Program-made: the position numbers and the translations under genes
Part shown: positions 59,333 to 64,000 of the stretch, in pieces
How the letters are laid out: each line of letters opens with the position of its first letter
Numbering within the stretch: the stretch's first letter is position 1
Notes under the pieces: model-generated
Databases searched by the model: none
The model's input: only the letters and a program-made list of their open reading frames with translations
What the model was told of the DNA's origin: nothing
Assembly (NCBI GenBank): GCA_965197425.1
Contig: CBDANC010000013.1
Location: forward strand, 32,001 to 96,000
DNA length: 64,000 nucleotides
DNA from: Bdellovibrionales bacterium
GTDB taxonomy: Bacteria > Bdellovibrionota > Bdellovibrionia > Bdellovibrionales > JAUICD01
Direction of reading: 5' to 3'

Positions 59333-60450
59333 TTGTCAAATGATGCACTAACTCTACTATTGCCTATGGATCTAATTTTAGAAAGTCTTCCTTTTTGTAG
59401 TTTAAGACTTGATAGTCCTTTTGCAATTTGCCTGGTTGAAACATTGGATTCTAGTTTAAACACTATTTTATCTTTATCAAAAATGTATTCTTTGAAACTA
59501 AAGACTTCTGGAAAAGTTTTTCTAAAAACTGTTTTTACTTCTTCTACTCTGGGGTAGGTTAGATCTCCTCTTAGGGATAGGTAGATGATGTTAGCGCCTA
59601 TTTCCCCGTTATTCCATGAGGCCACAATTGCTTTAACTGTGGTATCTATTATATCTGATGATACTTTCAAAAGAGTTTCTTTTGTTAGAGCTTCATCTTT
59701 ATTTCTAGAGGTTCGGTCTACAATTTCTCCTATGATCTTACCGTCAGTAACTGAGATAGCGTAGAAGTTGCTTTTGATAACAGCTTGATTTAATTTTCTT
59801 CTATTTTCAGAAAATTTTATATCTCCGACCAATACTAGATCTGATTTAAATTTTTTACCTAATTTAATGTAGTCATTGGTGCTGAATGATGTTTTTTCAG
59901 GGGTTTTATTTTTGCTATCTGGGGTCATTATTTTTATTTTTCTACTAGCTGCTGAAAACTTTTTTGTAAAATTATCAACTACTGTGTTTGATAAATTATT
60001 GGAAGAATCTAGCCACCATGCATAGATCACGCCCTTCATTGTATCTGTGATACTGATCATAGGTAGAATGTTAAGATTATCGCTATTAACCTTAAATAGA
60101 CCACTTTGTTTTAAAATCTGTCTAAGATCATCGTATGAAATTTTGAAGGTTACCAACATTTGATAACCCTTATTACTTTTTAATAACTTGCCGCTGTTGA
60201 TAAATGGTATAAATCTATTGATCTTATTTTTCATAATATCGCTGACTGTGTCTTTGTTACTACTAAATCTTTTTCCTCCAATAAAACTTTTTATAGCATC
60301 CGTAGCTAGTTTTTGTGTCATTTTTTCTACTATTTCTTTTTTTGCTTCTTTTGGATCAATTAGCCCACTTGTGCCTTTTAAAGCTATAGTTTCTAGACAA
60401 AAAGCTTTGTATGAAACAAAGAGTATGACAAAAAATATTTTGCTTTTCAT
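59329..60450 (-). CDS. hypothetical secreted protein
   Basis: GGAG RBS before ATG 60450; signal-peptide-like N-terminus. Confidence 0.7.
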   Translation of the reverse strand: MKSKIFFVILFVSYKAFCLETIALKGTSGLIDPKEAKKEIVEKMTQKLATDAIKSFIGGKRFSSNKDTVSDIMKNKINRFIPFINSGKLLKSNKGYQMLVTFKISYDDLRQILKQSGLFKVNSDNLNILPMISITDTMKGVIYAWWLDSSNNLSNTVVDNFTKKFSAASRKIKIMTPDSKNKTPEKTSFSTNDYIKLGKKFKSDLVLVGDIKFSENRRKLNQAVIKSNFYAISVTDGKIIGEIVDRTSRNKDEALTKETLLKVSSDIIDTTVKAIVASWNNGEIGANIIYLSLRGDLTYPRVEEVKTVFRKTFPEVFSFKEYIFDKDKIVFKLESNVSTRQIAKGLSSLKLQKGRLSKIRSIGNSRVSASFDK

Positions 60451-60457
60451 ATATCTC

Positions 60458-60800
60458 CAGGTCTTTCTCAACACTGATTGAGGCTAGCAAAAAAACCGAC
60501 TTGTTGGTTTTTTGCTAGGCGAATTACATTCATCAAGGTCTTCCGAATGAGGCAAAAAATAAGGAGGCTATGCCTACTTTTTTTTGCCGAGTAGTTGCCC
60601 AGCGTTGTAACACGATGCTGATCCCTTTCACAAGGTCTTCCAACGAGGCCAACAAAGTGAACTTGTTCGCTTTTTTTCAATTGGCTCACGGGATAAACCT
60701 TTATATTGTCCAATTGGATGAACCTCCTTTGCAGTCGGTTTTTCCGATTGAAATAACCTCCCTGCGGTCAGTTTTGGCCGAGTGGATGCCCAGCTTTGCA
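60458..60800 (+). repeat. three tandem family 2 units (Y module, simple hairpin unit, unit with duplicated X)
   Basis: aggtctttc, aaggtcttcc, aaggtcttcc starts; gttgcccagc and gatgcccagc ends. Confidence 0.92.
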
Positions 60801-60849
60801 ACGTGTAATACAACTCCAGTTACTTACAACTTCCACTAAAGCTATTGCA

Positions 60850-63800
60850 TCATCCACATATTATATCAACTGACCCTGGCTTTGATATACACGAAACAAG
60901 TTCATTTATCAATTCTTTATTCCCCTTTACACCCAAGAGATCATTAGGTGACATTTCTATGGATTGTCCTGGTAATTTTATATTAAACATTACTTCTTTT
61001 GTACCTTTATATTTTTCTAGTATACTTTTTATTTCTAAAAATTTATCTTTATCTTGGGAATCAAGGTTTAAACACAGTCCGTGGGAGTTTATTAATTTTT
61101 GATCTAAAGTATAAAATTCGTTAGCTATGACTCTAAAACCTCTATCATCGTCACCAGGTTGTGCCTTAAAAAATACTATTTCATCTTCTATGAGCATATG
61201 TTTAATTTCTGAGTATAGTTCTGGAAATACTACTACTTCAATTGTGCCAGTTAAATCTTCAATAGAAACAAATGCCATGGCTTTACCTTTTCTGGTAACT
61301 TTTTCTGAAACATTGTTAATGATTCCTCCAATTTGCATAGGCCCTGGGTTTCCATTTAGTCTTCCTATCTGATGTTTTGCAAATTTATTTAAAATTTTCT
61401 CAAATCCTTTTAATGGGTGATCTGTGAAGAAAAAGCCCAAAGCTTCTTTTTCATGTTTCAGTTTATCTAATCTGGACCATTTTTGTTTAGAAGTCTTTTT
61501 TGACACAACATCATCGCTAAGGCTTTCAAAAAAACTCACTTGTCCTATTTGTCTATCTTTAGACTTCTTATCTGCTCTAGATATTATATGGGAATAGGAG
61601 CGTATGAGGCTTTCTCTTGGAGCATTAAAGCAGTCAAAGGAACCTGATAATATAAGTTGCTCTATGCTTTTTTTGTTTAAAAATTGTGATGGCACTGTTT
61701 CAAAAAATTCCATTGTGCTTTTAAATTGTGCGCCATCAAGTGATTTTCTTACTTTTACTATTTCATCTGCTGCTGATTTCCCAACAGTTTTTATAGCACC
61801 TAATCCAAAGTAAATTTCATCATCTACGATAGTAAAATCATATTCAGATTTATTTATACAAGGAGGTTTTACTGTTATTCCATTTTGTTTTGCATCTTTT
61901 ATGTAGTTAATTATTTTATTTGTGTTATTTAGATCAGAGCTAAGTAGTGCTGAGTAAAACTCTAGGGGATAATATTTTTTTAACCATGCAGTTTGTGCGG
62001 TTATCACACAGTATGCAGCAGCATGTGATTTATTAAATCCATATTCTGCAAATCTGGCCATTAAATCGAATAATTCTTCAGATGCTTTTTTGTTAAAATC
62101 ATTTTTTACTGCTCCATTGATAAACCTGTCTCTTTGTGTTTGCATGTCTCGTTTTTTCTTTTTCCCCATAGCTCTTCTTAATATATCAGCTTCTCCTAGC
62201 GAGTAGTTTGCAATTTTATAGGCTATCATTTGAACTTGTTCTTGATAGACAATAATTCCATATGTGGGTTTTAAAATTCCTTCTAATTCTTTGAATGGGT
62301 ATCTTATTTTGTCTCTATTGTGTTTTCTTTTAGTGTACTCATCTAGCATTTTCATAGGCCCTGGTCTGTATAGGGCATTGATCGCTGTTATATCATCAAA
62401 TGAAGTGGGTTTAACTTTTAAAATAAGTTCAGTAATACCTGAACTTTCAAATTGGAAGATGCCTGCTGTGCTTCCACTTGAGATCATCTTGTATATACCT
62501 TTATCAGATAATGAAATATCTTTTGTGGTAATGGTTTTATTTTTAACCTTTTTAATTAGTTCAAATGTTTTTTTGATATATGTGAGGGTTTTTAGTCCTA
62601 AGAAGTCAAATTTTACAAGTCCAATTCTTTCAGAAGAATGCATATCGTACTGAATAATAGTTTCACCATCTTTGCCTTTATATAGTGGTGCATGTTCTAG
62701 AAGAGATACACTGGATATTATGATTCCAGCTGCATGTACACTCACATGACGATTTAGCCCTTCTATTTGTAGCGCAGTTTTTATTAGTTGAGCTACTTTT
62801 GGGTCATCTTCCATCATCTCGTTAAGTCTTGGTTCTTTTTGTAAAGCAGATTTTATTGTAATTCCCAGTTCTTCTGGTATTAGTCTGGCTATGGCATCTA
62901 CTTTGGAATATTCAATACTTAAAACTCTTCCTACATCTCTAATCGCAGCTCTTGCCTGTAATTTTCCATAAGTGATAATTTGCGACACACAATCTTGTCC
63001 GTATTTATCGACCACATAATCTATGACTTCGCCTCTTCTTTGTTGACAAAAATCTATATCAAAATCAGGTATAGAAATTCTTTCTTTATTTAAAAATCTT
63101 TCGAAAATTAGATCATGTTTTATAGGATCTAGATCAGTAATCATCAAAGAGTACGCTACAAGGCTACCTGCACCTGAGCCTCTACCTGGGCCTACTGGAA
63201 TATTTTTTTGTTTTGCCCATTTTATAAAATCCTGTACTATTAAAAAGTATCCAACAAACCCTGTATCTTTTATCGTTTTAAGCTCACTTTCTATTCTGTC
63301 ATAATATTTTGTTTTATCAATTACAGTTTCTCCTAAATTTTCTGCCTCAATAAATCTTTTTTCCAAACCATCATAGGAGTACTTTTTAAGTGCATCATAC
63401 ATTGTGAGCTTTCCATCAACTTTGAAGGTGGGCATATTATACAACGCCTTTCCATCTTTACTTTTGATGTTAAACTCAAAGTTACACATATCAGCTATCT
63501 TCATTGTGTTGTCTATTGCCTCTGGAAGATCAGAAAACAGATTTTTCATTTTTTTAGTAGATTTAAAATAACTTTCTTTCGAAATAAAAAGTCTATCATC
63601 ATTTAAAGTTCTGTTTGTTCCTATGCAATACAAAACCCTTTGTGCAAGATGATCTTCTTTATTGGCAAAGTAAACATCGTTGGTGGCAACTAAGGGAATC
63701 TTTTTATCTTTAGATGCTGAAACTAAAAACTCATTAATTTTCTTATTAGTCTCTCCAAATTTTTGTATTTCTAAAAAGAAGTTGTCACCGTATATACCTT

Positions 63801-64000
63801 TTAAAAAATCTATTTTTTCTAGAGCCTGATCTTTACCACGCTTTATAAAACAAGATGTTATCTCTCCACCAATACCACCTGTAAGGCAAATTAAATTGTC
63901 AGAGTATTTTTTTAAAATTTCATAGTCGACTCTGGGTTTCCAATAAAATCCTTCTCTATAGCCAATTGTACTTATTTTACATAGCGCTTGATATCCGTTG
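60850..64000 (-). CDS. dnaE: DNA polymerase III alpha subunit (5' end outside window)
   Basis: Frame stays open to the edge (LVATNDV, GFYWKPRVD); GPGRGSGAGS, PDFDIDF, KFDFLGL, YGFNKSHAAAY. Confidence 0.96.
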   Translation of the reverse strand, partial: NGYQALCKISTIGYREGFYWKPRVDYEILKKYSDNLICLTGGIGGEITSCFIKRGKDQALEKIDFLKGIYGDNFFLEIQKFGETNKKINEFLVSASKDKKIPLVATNDVYFANKEDHLAQRVLYCIGTNRTLNDDRLFISKESYFKSTKKMKNLFSDLPEAIDNTMKIADMCNFEFNIKSKDGKALYNMPTFKVDGKLTMYDALKKYSYDGLEKRFIEAENLGETVIDKTKYYDRIESELKTIKDTGFVGYFLIVQDFIKWAKQKNIPVGPGRGSGAGSLVAYSLMITDLDPIKHDLIFERFLNKERISIPDFDIDFCQQRRGEVIDYVVDKYGQDCVSQIITYGKLQARAAIRDVGRVLSIEYSKVDAIARLIPEELGITIKSALQKEPRLNEMMEDDPKVAQLIKTALQIEGLNRHVSVHAAGIIISSVSLLEHAPLYKGKDGETIIQYDMHSSERIGLVKFDFLGLKTLTYIKKTFELIKKVKNKTITTKDISLSDKGIYKMISSGSTAGIFQFESSGITELILKVKPTSFDDITAINALYRPGPMKMLDEYTKRKHNRDKIRYPFKELEGILKPTYGIIVYQEQVQMIAYKIANYSLGEADILRRAMGKKKKRDMQTQRDRFINGAVKNDFNKKASEELFDLMARFAEYGFNKSHAAAYCVITAQTAWLKKYYPLEFYSALLSSDLNNTNKIINYIKDAKQNGITVKPPCINKSEYDFTIVDDEIYFGLGAIKTVGKSAADEIVKVRKSLDGAQFKSTMEFFETVPSQFLNKKSIEQLILSGSFDCFNAPRESLIRSYSHIISRADKKSKDRQIGQVSFFESLSDDVVSKKTSKQKWSRLDKLKHEKEALGFFFTDHPLKGFEKILNKFAKHQIGRLNGNPGPMQIGGIINNVSEKVTRKGKAMAFVSIEDLTGTIEVVVFPELYSEIKHMLIEDEIVFFKAQPGDDDRGFRVIANEFYTLDQKLINSHGLCLNLDSQDKDKFLEIKSILEKYKGTKEVMFNIKLPGQSIEMSPNDLLGVKGNKELINELVSCISKPGSVDIICG

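Overview
AT-rich bacterial chromosome segment, most likely from a Bdellovibrionota-related lineage. This is inferred from the tadZ/A-tadB-YD-repeat-small secreted protein block resembling the Bdellovibrio hit locus, the bacterial topoisomerase VI pair and the sigma-54 elements. Most of the window is housekeeping genes (aspC, coaD, gcvP, glpX, pgsA, hppA, tkt, dapD/lysC/lysA, trxB, pckA, mgtE, recO, grxD, dut, gap, lipB, dnaE) plus tRNA-Gly and tRNA-Tyr. On top of this lie three families of small repeats. (1) A 13-bp triloop hairpin, usually with an 18-bp period and with compensatory stem changes, sits in-frame inside conserved proteins (GcvP at four internal sites, BolA, an S8 protease, a LysM protein) in different frames and strands. 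(2) A modular, nestable palindromic element (AAGGTCTTC-[variable hairpin]-GTTGCCCAGCT) occurs at about 14 loci, including a 4-unit array, and is oriented non-randomly relative to transcription. (3) ACTGCCCG-type octamer tracts flank two four-helix-bundle (IVS/Avd-like) genes; one gene is intact and the other is disrupted by two modules of family 2. No transposase, integrase, reverse transcriptase or cas gene is visible, so any mobilising enzyme is either outside the window or unrecognised.
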